Below, one piece after another: positions 9,701 through 21,366 of a stretch of DNA of 64,000 nucleotides (position 1 is the stretch's first letter; every line of letters begins with the position of its first letter). The notes beneath the pieces are model-generated. The model did no database searches, was not told the DNA's origin, and worked only from the letters and a program-made list of their open reading frames with translations. Origin of the DNA: Heteronotia binoei (Eukaryota); assembly GCF_032191835.1 (NCBI RefSeq), contig NC_083229.1, positions 83,018,001 to 83,082,000 of the forward strand. Reading direction: 5' to 3'. Position numbers and translations under genes: made by a program.

Positions 9701-11879
9701 GGAATTTCATTGTAACGCAATGGGGGGGGGAAGGCGGAGCGAGAACATGTCAGAAGTCATAGGTAAACACAGTGCTAGGTTCTACAGCTGATGATTTTGC
9801 GTGAGACGTCAAAAGGGGAGGTAGTGGGAGGACTAACAGGCAATGGTGGGTAATGCTCCCAAAAGCTGTCGCTGCGAAACAGGATGATTTTCCCACTGAA
9901 AGCTCTGCGGATTGAATCCGCAGGTTTTCAGAAAGTCCGCAAAAATGAGCATTGAGATACCGCGCAGTGAAAATTGTAAAGCCGCGGATGAAAACGAGGA
10001 TGCGGGGCAACATGTGCGAAATCCAACAAATGAACCAGAGAAAAAAGGGATGCCACCGCGGTTTAAACGCTAGTGCAAAATCGGTCTGAGCCTCCAAATT
10101 TGAGTGAGAGCTGGTTAGTAAAGGGGGCTGGACTATCCTGTCTGTGGATGTCTCTGGGTGAGTGAGAGAGAGGATGTGAGGTGTGAAATGTTCGTGGCTC
10201 TCTCTGTATTTTAAAAAAGACAAGAAGGGTGGGAAATGTGTCACCAGATCTACTTGTACCCTAAACCAGAGAGTAGTATAGAGGGTGACTATATCCAAAT
10301 GCACACCTCTATTGGTTTGGTTACTTAGTGGCTAACTGTACATTCCTCCTAAAACAGATCCTCCCTTACCATGCAGTTATTGTAGATAAAGTGCCACTTT
10401 GGTCAAATGATGACAATCTCAGTCATTTTGGAATGTAAAAAACATTGCGACATTGTATTTTCCTGTCCAATACCTACTGGCTATTCATATCTAGTTATTT
10501 AACTAGAATTCCATATAAATGAATAGACCAGTTCACCCAAGCATGCAATAGTGATCCTTTTAATATTTCCTTGTAGGTGTCATTTTAAGAGCCCAAATAA
10601 TTATTTTTCTGGTTTTTCTGACTGGTTATGTGGCTTCCATGAAATGTAGCTTTTTAAGATTCAGACTAGGGTCCTTGCTCTTTTCAGAATTCCCCCAATT
10701 TGATCAGTTGCATCCCCTGTGTAATCACCTCTCCCTGTACATCTAATTGGCTTCTTGTTTGTCAAGGTGAACTTTTACAATGTCAGACTAATTTCTTGAA
10801 ATGTCCATGATTTCTTTGACAGTTCTATGGCTTCTAGAAGTTGGGATGAATTTCATATCAGTTGATATCTTTTTCTTCCAAGTGAAAGAAATTGTGGGCT
10901 GGATCAATTTATGGACAGTACTGACATATGTAAAAATTAAAACATAAAGTTCTGAGCACCTGATTTTGGCCTGTTGGGGTTCTTCAACGGAGATCTGCAT
11001 TATATCAAAACATTAATTATGTTTTTGTCACTATACAGTGAAGTACTACAGCCTCTACCATATTCAAGCAAATCAGTACAAATACTGATGCTGTTATCAG
11101 GCCTGGCACGTGGGAGTTGGCAAACTAGGCAACTGAGCCTCCCTGAGCCTCCGCTGCTCTTTTGGCTCTCAGGGATCCCTGGTTAAAATACAGTGGATAG
11201 ACTGCTGTTGAAACTTGGATACAGGCATTATGTCACCCTGGTGTTGAAAACAAATGGCCTGGAGGGAGAAAATGTCCCTTTAACAGAAGTTCAATGTGTG
11301 GAAATGGGCAACCAAAGACTTTCATGCTTGAACAACTGGAGTCCTTTTTAAAATATTTTCTTAACAATTCTTTCTAAGGTTTCAAGTATGCTTGTCATGT
11401 TTTTGTGGAGTTAAATGAGAAACATGCATGATTGTGGAAGTGCATTTCCTTATCCTTATATAGTATCTGACAATATTAAGCATATAATAATAATAGCAAT
11501 AGCAATAGTAATAATAATAATCATCATCAAAAGATAATTGGCTCATATTAGAGTTGTCCTTTAAAATGCAGATTGCCAAAATTATCAAGCAAACTACTTT
11601 AGGTGAAAATGTAATATTTCCTTTAACCTTAAGAATACATTGGTCATGCTGTTTCTCTATTTTATGCAGAGAGGTTTACACCTATTTTATATTTCTAGTC
11701 CATATATTAATTGTCTCACATTCATCTTTCTTCTTCTTACTTATCTCACTGAGGGCAAATGAGCAAAATGGGGATACAACAGACCATTATACTCATCATA
11801 GCAGCTCCCTTACTCCACCTTAAAGCAGGAGTGTAATCAGAGTGCGACAGAGCAAACCTCCAGGAGCAGTGACAGCACA

Positions 11880-12098
11880 TAATTATTTATTCCCTTTATT
11901 TATATTCTCTTCCCCAGTAGGCATCCAAAGCAGCTTACATCATTTTCCTCTCCTCCATTTTATTCTCACAACAACCCTGTGAGTTAGGTTAGGCTGCGTA
12001 TGACTGGTTGAAGGTTTCCTAGAAAACCTCAATAAGAGTGGTACTTTGAACCTGGGTATTTCAGATCCTGATCTGACATGCTAACAACTACACCACAT
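11880..12098 (-). mobile_element. tRNA-derived squamate SINE (MIR/Squam3-like, L2-type tail)
   Basis: ttttattctcacaacaaccctgtgag…aggttaggctg…tttgaacctggg…ctacaccaca (reverse of SINE head/core). Confidence 0.7.
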
Positions 12099-12530
12099 TG
12101 TTTAATCAATTTGATAGTCTTCTGACCTCACCCCCAGTGAGCCCATCAATATTTGCTATCATCCTGTTTTTCCTTGATCTTCTCTTAGCTTTAAGCCAAG
12201 TTTTTGCTCAGGTTTCCTTAACTCATATGCACAAAATCCTTCATAATTTTTTTGTTTCTTCTACCTCCTTTTTAGGTTGTTTCTGTCTTTTAAATGTAGT
12301 AAATCTTTTTTTAAAAAACAATAACACTTTTCCCATATCAGTGGCTGATTATCTTTTTATTCATGCTCCATTTTAATGGGGTTCCTGGCTACCATAACAA
12401 CTTTAGTAAAATGGAGCAGGAATAGAGGATAGTCAGTTGATAGTATAGGGAAGGTGGCTGCCACAATTATACCAACCTCTTTGATGGGGAAATGTTTTAA
12501 AAGGATGCAAAAGATGCCATGAAGTCCCTG

Positions 12531-13371
12531 TGTGGAGAAACGCCATTTTAGTCAGTGGTGGTGCTTCATTTGGCAGGGGTCAGTAAATCTCTCAGCAGGC
12601 TTTGTAGCCTTCCCCTCACTCCCCCCCTCCCTTCCAGAGCCAAACCAACAACGCTAGGGGGAAAATCTCCTAGAGAGGCAGGAAGTGCTTTTGTTCTTGG
12701 CATGTGTGTTAGCAGGAAGAGAAGGGCAGTTGGAAGCCAGCGCTCGAGCGAGCATGTGGTGAGCAATGGAGGCTCCTGCCTGGGAGGCCCCCAGGCAGGC
12801 AGACTAAGTAAGTAATTCTCAAGACAGGACAAGTTTAGATCAGGGCCAGCAGGACGCGTTTATAAACACCTTTCCTTTGTCATGCTGTTTGCTGTGCGTG
12901 TGCTGTGCTGTGCTAACTTTTTAAACGCAACTGTTTTTGCTTTGTTTTTCTTTTCCTATCTTTTTCCCTTTTTAAATAAATATATTTTTACTGTTTACAT
13001 GCTGGCAGTCAAACTCTGTACCACATAGATCCCCAAACCGCTTTAGACCACGCTGTTTTATAACAGGGGCCCCGGGCAAGGGGGAAGGCATGCAGTTGGA
13101 TAAGGTGCCAATCCTCCAGGGGTGCCCCAAAGAAGTGCTGAGGTCTCTGTGAAACCCAAGTGCAGGGTGGCAGAGGACCTGGAGGCCTAGCCTCATAGCG
13201 GGAGAGGGGGATTGGGAGTCCTGTTCCTCTCAATCTGATCCCCGGGACTGAGCAGGTGGTGGCAGCGCGCCCAAGGGGCAGGAGGAGAAATAGCTCCCTC
13301 CAGGAGTTGGCGACTCAATAGGGAGCTGACGGGACCGGGTCTGAAGGCAGAATCGGGCCGGTTCCGTCACA
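12531..13371 (+). mobile_element. Solo LTR (841 bp, Gypsy-type)
   Basis: TG…CA termini (tgtggag…cgtcaca), 5-bp TSD ccctg (12526-12530, 13372-13376), internal AATAAA ~12975. Confidence 0.8.
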
Positions 13372-14220
13372 CCCTGCTTAAGAGGTATTGCATGGAGGCT
13401 GTTTCTGAACTGGATCTATGTTGTCTATAGCTCCAATACTAGTGTAAAAGGTTGTTGTAAAGAGCAATTGTGCTTTGATTTTAAAGCCTTCATGATTATT
13501 TGGTGTCTAGTTTTAATGGCAGATTTTTATTGTTTGTGATAGATAAGCTGTGTCCTTCAAATCCTACACACAAAGAATATTTTCAAGATGATAACGAGTA
13601 GATTTTATCAAGAAAACATGCTGAGAAATATGAAACTATCACTTAACAAGCTATATTTAATGTTAACGTATTGTAAGGCACTTCTGTATGTGAAATCAAT
13701 GTTAGGAGTATTTGTGTTCAGCTTTTAACAATGCAAATTGATTTTTCTCCATATAAACACTAGAAAATGTATTCTGAAGAACTCCATTTATTCATTTTGG
13801 CTTAAAGATGGCATTATATTTACCAAATAGACAGAACCCTCATATGAGATGATAATACTACAGTTTAAACCTGCAATCCTATGCAAATTATCTGGGAGTA
13901 ACCTTGACTGAGCAAAGCAGGACTTCTTTCTGGGTAAACATGCATAGATTTGCACTGGATTAGACCTAAAAGAATAACCCAGACCATCAGTAAGTCTATA
14001 TAGTGGCTATGAGCTAGTTGCCTTCATCTTGAAACAGTCAAAACACATTCATAACAGCACAATCCCAAGCATGTGTACTTAGTAGTAAGTCCCACTGAGT
14101 TCAATAGAACTTGTTCTTAGCAAGTGTATTCAGGATTGCAGAATTAGTCACTTTGAATTTGTGAAATATGTAATGCTATGTACAGGAATCAGATATATAG
14201 ACAGCAGTGAAGGGAGAGAT

Positions 14221-14533
14221 TAGGGAAGCCAGTATCCCACTGGGGTGGAGATCTCCCACTCCCAGGGCCTGTTGCCCTCCACCACCCAGCTGTGTGGCAA
14301 GAGGAAATGCTGGGAGGGATGGGGGACACAGTCCTTGGTGTGATGACATTGCTTTCAGAGTGACTTAGGAGTGGCATCATCATGCCAGGTGATGCCTTAG
14401 CATTCCATTGGTGATTCTGTTCATGCTAGAAGTAATATCATCATGCCAGGGACATTGACTGCATCCACCCCAAATCAGAAGACTTCCACCTCCCCCATTT
14501 CTTGCCAGCTGCCTAGCTGTTCTTGGCTACCTG
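14221..14533. mobile_element. Degenerate TAGGGTTGCC-family MITE
   Basis: Termini tagggaagccag…ttggctacct; tgatgaca/catcatca-rich interior shared with copies at 1704, 53540 and 54000. Confidence 0.5.
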
Positions 14534-14624
14534 AATTTGGAGGACAGAGTTTGAAAGAGAGCAGGAAATTAGGAGGAATTTTGTCTTGAGAAAGAGAATT
14601 GCAGGGGCTGAAGTAGTTCTAGAT

Positions 14625-14815
14625 ATTGGCTGTTGTAGATTTCTTCTTCTCAGTATGACCCAGAGAGAACTCCAATTTTCTGGGTTACACCTCTGAGGAT
14701 GCCAGTCACAGTTGCTGGTGAAATGTCAGGTCTCACAATGCCAAGACCACGGTCACACAGCCCAGAAAATTTACAACAGCCAATGACCTCTGGCTCTGAA
14801 AGCCTTCAACAACAT
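14625..14815 (+). mobile_element. Penelope-like terminal repeat fragment containing a hammerhead ribozyme motif
   Basis: Near-identical to arms at 28965-29460; ends gaaagccttcaacaac. Confidence 0.7.
14689..14731 (+). ncRNA. Minimal type I hammerhead ribozyme motif (PLE-associated)
   Basis: acct-CTGAGGA-t-gccag/tcacagttg/ctggt-GAAA-tGTC-aggt: core boxes, stem II and stem I (acct/aggt). Confidence 0.65.
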
Positions 14816-14867
14816 ATAGTTCTAGATATTCAGTATAATAAAACATATTCATGTTGAACTAGATGTC

Positions 14868-15945
14868 ACTTAACATAAGAAGAGCCCTGTTCTAGATCAA
14901 ACCACTGGTCCATATAGTCCAACATCCTGTCTCTTACAACCAGTTCCTCTGAGGGCCAGCCACAGAATACAGAGGCCAAGGCTTTTCTCTGATATTTCCT
15001 CCTGGCACTAGGATTCAGATGTTTACAGCCTCTGAATGTAGAGGCTCCCTTTAGTCATCATAGCTAGTATCCACTGATAGACCTATTCTCAATGAATCTG
15101 TCTAATGCCCCTTTAAAGCTATATATGCCTGTAGCCATCACTACATCCTCTGTCAGCAGATTCTACATTTTCTTCACTCTCTGTAAAAAGAAGAATGTAC
15201 TTTTTGTGCATCCTGAATCACCATGTTCATTAGATGTCCTTGAGTTCTTGAATTTTGGAAGAAGGAGAAAAAATTCTCTTTGTTCATTCTCTCTACCCCA
15301 TGCATAATTTCATAAACCTCTGTCATGTCCAGACCCCACCCAACTTGTCGGTTCTCTAATATGAAAAGTCCAAGACTCTTCAGGTAGGTGCTCAAACCCC
15401 TAATCATCTTGGTTGCCCTCTTCTGAACTTTTTTCCAGCTCTCTCATGTCCTTTTTGAGATACAGTGACCAGAACTGCCCAAAGTATCCCACATAAGGCC
15501 ACATGACAGATCTATACAAGGGCATTATAATATTGACTATTTTATTTTTAGTCCTTTTCCTAATAGTCCACAACATAGACTTTATCTTTTTCACTACTGT
15601 GGTACACTGAGCCAACGCTTCCATGGATGTACCCACTATGTCTCCAAGGACTCTTTTCCCTCTCAGTTTTAGCAAATTCAGACGCCATACACAAATACTT
15701 TGTCCAGTGTGCATCACTTTGGACTTCATTTGTCACATTGCTGCCCACACATCCAATTTGTGGAAAGCCTCGCCTCCTGAAGCTCTTCACAGTTGGTCTT
15801 GGTTTTCACCATCTTGAATAATTTAGTGTTGTCTGCAAACTTGAGTATTACACTGCTCATTCCCTGTTCCAGATAATTTATGAACAAATTAAATAACTTA
15901 ACTGAAGGAAATGTATTCATATAGTGGAAAACCAGAAGCATACAT
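14868..15945 (-). mobile_element. CR1 LINE 3' fragment (ORF2 RT C-terminus + 3' UTR)
   Basis: ORF fragments SSVILKFADNTKLFKMVKT…CEELQE, KSKVMHTG, IIMPLYRSVMWPYVGYFGQFWSLYLKKD…LEK, LKSLGLF; CR1 3' end …cttatgttaag. Confidence 0.9.
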
Positions 15946-17024
15946 ATAGGTGGGCATTGGAATAAGTGGCCCTGGAAAACTGGAAGATCTTTCCTGGAGG
16001 GTTTTAAAAGAAGTTTTCATGAATAACTACTAGTGCTAGGAAGCTCTGCAATTTATATATAAGGACTAAATGGTAGAGTCCTTTTCAGAGTTGCATAAAT
16101 AGTGTACAAGACGTTTCCACTTCTTTGAGTAATTTTTTGAGGTAGGAGACAAAGGGAAGAATCATTCCATAAAACATGAAGTCCCTACAATTGCTAAGGA
16201 GAAGGATCTATTAAACTGAAGTTGAATTAGTCTAATCTTGTTGAAGGTCATCTTTTTATCCTATAGTCTCTGCAGCTGTTGAATGTTTCTTTATGTTGCT
16301 ATTCAGTGCTGGCATCAAGCACTTGAATTCCAGCATAACAAATGAATAATGCATCCAGCTTTGCAAACCTCAGATGTGGTATATGTTGGCAACCAAGGTC
16401 AATAGTTTCTTCTCAAGGTATTCTAATCATGATAACCAAACATTAACATTTCAAAATTTTAATGTCAAGGGTAGTTAAAATAGATGGATATTGCTTTGCT
16501 ACAAGTGTTACATGTCCTTCAGAATTGTTTGAAAAGACCATTAAATAATGCCAGTCAAAGCCACAGATCTGAATTTTCAAATGTGTTGCTTAAGCCTATC
16601 TTTTGCTATACCATCAGTATAGTAATACGTTTTATAAGCAGTAGGAATACTAATGTGCAACCAAATTTCAAAAGGTCCATCCATGAGTGCTACACTGAAA
16701 TGTGCATTCCTCTTTCTTGCACTATTTTCAAACTGCTTAGAGTCCATTTAAGAATGTGAATTATATTGGTGTGCCCAGAAAACCTCAGCTGATCTGTTCC
16801 CAGCATGAGGGAGTGAGGGAGAAGTGAATGCAGTTTAACTATATTTTGCACATACCCACCAAACCAAAACAGATTGGCATATACTAGACCAGGAAAAATA
16901 CAGCCAAGGGTTCCCCTTGCTGATCAACAGGTCACCATGGTCAAGGCAAATCTCTGAAAACATCACTCTGTGCCAATGCTCTGTTCAAAAGGTCGCATAG
17001 TGTCCACCTTCCCAAAAGTGTGTG

Positions 17025-17686
17025 CAGATTCAGCCCAACTGCGTGTGGTGCCCCAGGCAGGCGTCCCTGCCACCGGCCCCGCACACCACTGCACTCCATC
17101 GCACCCCTCCAGGGTGCTGCACTGAGGCACGGCACCTGCCCGTCCCCTCCTTCCCTTCCCATCATCACCACCACCACCACCACCCCCGCGATCAGAGTGT
17201 ATCTTATAGATAAATGCCATGTTGCGACCGGTAGGGCTCAGGTACAGTGCACTGATCATGAGAGGGAGGCAAAGGGAAGGAAAGGAGGGGGCCAGTAGGC
17301 ACCGTGCCTCAGCACAGTGTCCTGGGTGTGTGTGTAATGGAGCGCAGCACTTTGAGGGGGGGGGGCCTGGCCGGGAGGCAAATGGATGCTCTGATCACGG
17401 GGGTGAAGAGAAGGAGGGGACCAGCGGGTGCAGCACCTGGGTGCAGCACCAGGGGGGAGTGCGATGGAGTGCTGCACTGCGAGGGAGTGGCAGGGAGCCA
17501 GCGGGGAGGTGAAGGAACACTCTGATCCTGTAGGGGGGGAGGTGAAGGGAAGGAAAAGGAGCGGTGGGTGGCAGCAGGCGGGCAGAGGAAGCAGGAAAAC
17601 TAGGCACTGGCTGAGGGCACCGGCGCCCCCACCCTCCCAGCACTCTAGGCAACCGCCTAGTTTGCCTAGTGGGCGAGCTGGCCCTG
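17025..17686. mobile_element. GC-rich non-autonomous hAT element (CAGGGCC…GGCCCTG family)
   Basis: Right TIR gctggccctg, degenerate left TIR; 8-bp TSD agtgtgtg (17017-17024)/agtgcatg (17687-17694); internal inverted repeats. Confidence 0.7.
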
Positions 17687-18161
17687 AGTGCATGCACCCA
17701 CTTTCCTCAGAGCTTCACTGGCCTCTTGCAGAAGAGAGTGTGGCTAGAAGATGTATATCAGCACAAATCACTGGGAGAAGAATTTATTTTGGCAAGTATT
17801 TAAAAGAAAAATGATGTTTTATATATTAAACCTCTTTTAAAACAATGAATTGATATTTAGAGATTATCATGGTAGATGTATGGGGGTTGAAATTACTTTA
17901 GCTGGGATTAAGACTTTGTTAATGGGAATCTATGCTTCCAACGAAGACAGTGTATCATTTCAGAATAATTATGATAAAGTATGGAACAAAATCAAAAAAG
18001 ATCTTTCTAGATGATAAATTGCAATTGTCTTTACTGGGAAGAAACCTGTGATTAAAATGAATGTTTTACCCAAAATGCTATTTTTGTTTCAGACTATTCC
18101 AGTGTTGACATCTGATACACCATTTTAACAATGGCAAAAATATATATTTCTAGGTTTGTTT

Positions 18162-18440
18162 GAAGAAGAAGAAGAAGATATTGGATTTCTATCCCACCCT
18201 CCACTCCAAAGAGTCTCAGAGCGGCTCACAATCTCCTTTACCTTCCTCCCCCACAACAAACACCCTGTGAGGTGGGTGGGGCTGGAGAGGGCTGTCACAG
18301 CAGCTGCTCTTTCAAGGACAACCTCTGCCAGAGCTATGGCTGACCCAAGGCCATTCCAACAGGTGCAAGTGGAGGAGTGGAAAATCAAACCCGGTTCTCC
18401 CAGATAAGAGTCCGCACACTTAACCGCTACACCAAACTGG
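18162..18440 (-). mobile_element. Squam3-like tRNA SINE nested in L1, with (GAA)n tail
   Basis: (gaa)n-gatattggattt…cagagcggctcaca…caccctgtgaggtggg…cttaaccgctacaccaaactggc. Confidence 0.85.
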
Positions 18441-19447
18441 CCACATATTAAGTATAAGATAAACCACATATTAAGTATAAGATTTGCAAGATACTAAGGA
18501 AAGATGGGGGCTGGGTTTACTGGACTTGAAACTTTATTTTGCTGCCTGCTGTTTGGTTTGGCTAAAATAATGCTTACTGTTGAGACACAGAAGATTATAG
18601 TAACTGGAGGACATGACTTAATGTTTGGGTGGCATGGTTATCCTTGGTATGAAAAATTTAAAGTTAATGTTGACTACAAGAGCCTCTATATTAGACATGC
18701 ATTATTAAGAATTTGGAATAAATATAAACCTAGGTTATGTCAAAAAATATCTTTATGTATTTCTCCACAAGAAGCATTTTATAGACAAGAGATATTACTG
18801 AAGGAAGAATGGATAACTTACCAGAACTTACTAGTGTTCACTGTAAAATGAAACCAAGGGAAGATTTATTAAAAGGTTATAATTGCCAAAGGGAAGATTT
18901 ATTAAAAGGTTATAATTGCCAAAGGTTTCTTTATGCTGAATTGTTGGAAAAGGTTTAAAATAGCCAGGTGGTTATATGGTTTTGAAGAAAATAAGACAGT
19001 ATTTGAAGAAAATAAGACAGTATTTGAAGAAAATAAGACAGTATTTGAAACAGACCTCTCTGTATGGATGATGTTTATGTTATTGCCAAAGTGTATAAAT
19101 TGTTGTTGACATATAAAACGGAAAAACACGTGGAAAACTATGATAAAATGGGCTAAGAATTTTTGACATGATATACTAATGGAGCAGTGGGAAATATTAT
19201 GGTCAAAGGGACTGAAGTTCACATTATATGTTAATCTTAACAAAATCTTTATAAGATGATGTTTCAATGGTATATGATACCAGATAAGAGAATAATGATC
19301 CAATGCTACCACAATCATATAGGCCCATTTAATTGTTAAATCTGGAGTATAAAATATTTACTTCAATTATGACTGGTTAAGAAAATGTATTACCAAAGTA
19401 ATTCAACCAGACCAGTTTTGTACCAAAAAGATACATTAAATATATAT

Positions 19448-19733
19448 ACATTTAAAATATCAGTGTTTTTTGTAAGAACCAAGACCATTGTCAACGGTTT
19501 TTTCAGCATTTAAGAACAAGAAAGCTGCTTTTTCACCTTTATTTCTTGTTTTTACAAATTCTATTGCATTAACCATGAAAAGAATATATATATATATTCT
19601 TTTCATGGTTAATGCAATAGAATTTGTAAAAACAAGAAATAAAGGTGAAAAAGCAGCTTTCTTGTTCTTAAATGCTGAAAAAACCGTTGACAATGGTCTT
19701 GGTTCTTACAAAAAACACTGATATTTTAAATGT
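19448..19733. repeat. Perfect 286-bp palindrome (143-bp arms, no spacer, centred on (TA)n)
   Basis: Arms are reverse complements by eye; the ORF track gives an identical 77-aa ORF on both strands (19460-19693 minus; 19488-19721 plus). Confidence 0.95.
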
Positions 19734-20679
19734 GGCTCTAAATTTTTGAATTGGATACACAGCATTTATACCAACAAACATGTGAAGATTCTATCAATGG
19801 GGTCTTAACAAATGGATTTAAAATAGAAAAAGGAGCCTATCAAGGATGCCCATCATCTCCACTTCTTTTTATTCCTATGATGGAAATCTTTGCTTCTAAG
19901 ATAAGACAAGATCTTAAAACTGAAGGATTCAGAGTACATGGAGAAGTTTAAACTAAAGAGCTATGCTGATGCATGGTCCTTACAATTTTGAACCCCCAAT
20001 TATCACTGCAGCATGTAATGGAAGAAATCAATAAATTTGGGGCCTTTTTTGGTTACAAAATCAAAAGGAAAAATACTAAAATCATTTTATAATTTTTGAC
20101 AAACCAGATGAGGAAAAATTCAAAAAGATTTCAGGATACGATATAACAAAAACCCAGCCAAACATTTAGGAATATATCTTACAAAACAAAATTGTACATT
20201 ATATGACAATCTGATCAAAAATACAAAATGGTTTTGAAAGATGGTCTAAAACTATCCTGGCTAGGAAATATTTTTGCTATAAAAAATGAATGTATTACCA
20301 AAATTAAATTTTCTGTTGCAGATTATTCCAATTTCAATTTGTGAAAAGACTCTCAGTGACTGGCAAACAAATAAGTTTATATGGCACAGTATAAAGCCAA
20401 GAATAAGATTTAAAGTTCTACAAGTCGAGAAAAGAAGGGGTGTCCTACCGAATATCAAATTATATTATCAAGCTGCTGAGTTAGTTTGAATATTGGATTG
20501 GATTAGAAATCCAAATGAAAGACTGATAGAACTAGAATCTTCAAATCTTGATGGATTACATAGTTATCTGTAGATCAAATATCAATATCAAAAAATATAA
20601 CCCAAGACAAAAGACATATAATCAGGAATAGTTTATTTAAAATATGAGAAATGCTAAGAAGAAGAATCATCTCTCAATT

Positions 20680-21366
20680 CCCGGAGACTAACCCGGAGAC
20701 TACAGCTAGTGCAGAACGCTGCGGCGCGGCTGTTAATGAGACTCCCTCGATGGAAGCACATTCAGTTGGTGCTGAAAGAGCTGTACCGGCTTCCTGTTGT
20801 GTTCCGAGTTCATTTCAAGTTGTTGGTGTTGACCTTTAAAGCCCTTTATGGTCAGGGACCTGTCTATCTGTGGGACCACCTTTCTCCGCATATTCCCCAG
20901 AGAGCACTGCGTTCAGGGACGAAAAATCTATTGTCCATCCCTGGACCAAAAGAAGCCAGGTTGCGTACAACACGAGCCAGGGCCTTCTTGGTGGCAGCGC
21001 CAGAACTCTGGAACACTCTCCCGGAGGCCATAAGGGCCCTGAGGGATTTGTCTACATTCCGCAGGGCCTGTAAGACCGAATTGTTCCGACAGGCCTGTGA
21101 CATTTAACCAAGAGAGAGCTGCCACTGGACATTATGTAGAGTTCCATGCAGAGTACCGATGGTCACCATCGAACTTTCAGAACCGCTATACTGTACTGTA
21201 TTAATACAGCACCATGAAATGTTTTAAATAATTTAAATATGTAATTATGTTTTATGTTTTATTGGTTTTTAATGGAAGTAATGTGATGTTGTGAGCCGCC
21301 CTGAGTTCGCTTGCGGAGAGGGCAGGATATAAGCTTAGCGTAATAAATAAATAATAAATAAATAAA
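20680..21366 (+). mobile_element. L2-clade LINE 3' fragment nested in L1
   Basis: ORF LQLVQNAAARLLMRLPRWKHIQLVLKELYRLPVVFRVHFKLLVLTFKALYGQGP…FRRACKTELF; 3' end gtgagccgccctgag…(aataa)n. Confidence 0.9.

Larger units (their letters stand above)
3550..10086. mobile_element. Decayed PIF/Harbinger-like DNA transposon (left end missing) carrying two Myb/SANT-like genes
   Basis: Two Myb/SANT-like genes; probable transposase C-terminus at left; right end …ccgcggtttaaacgctagtgcaaaatcggtc resembles a Harbinger-type terminus; CCGCGG/GCGGAT-rich subterminal region. Confidence 0.7.

Noticed and set aside
9750-10304. 184-aa minus-strand ORF
   Set aside because: Spans the Harbinger terminus into flanking DNA with no domain similarity; by-product of GC-rich subterminal sequence.
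10366-10935. Strong minus-strand splice signals (ATG|GTAAGG donor; tttttacatatgtcag acceptor)
   Set aside because: Stops in all tested frames or no recognisable peptide; cannot support an exon.
16941-17814. Many overlapping 60-145 aa ORFs
   Set aside because: All lie within a GC-rich hAT MITE; low-complexity translations.
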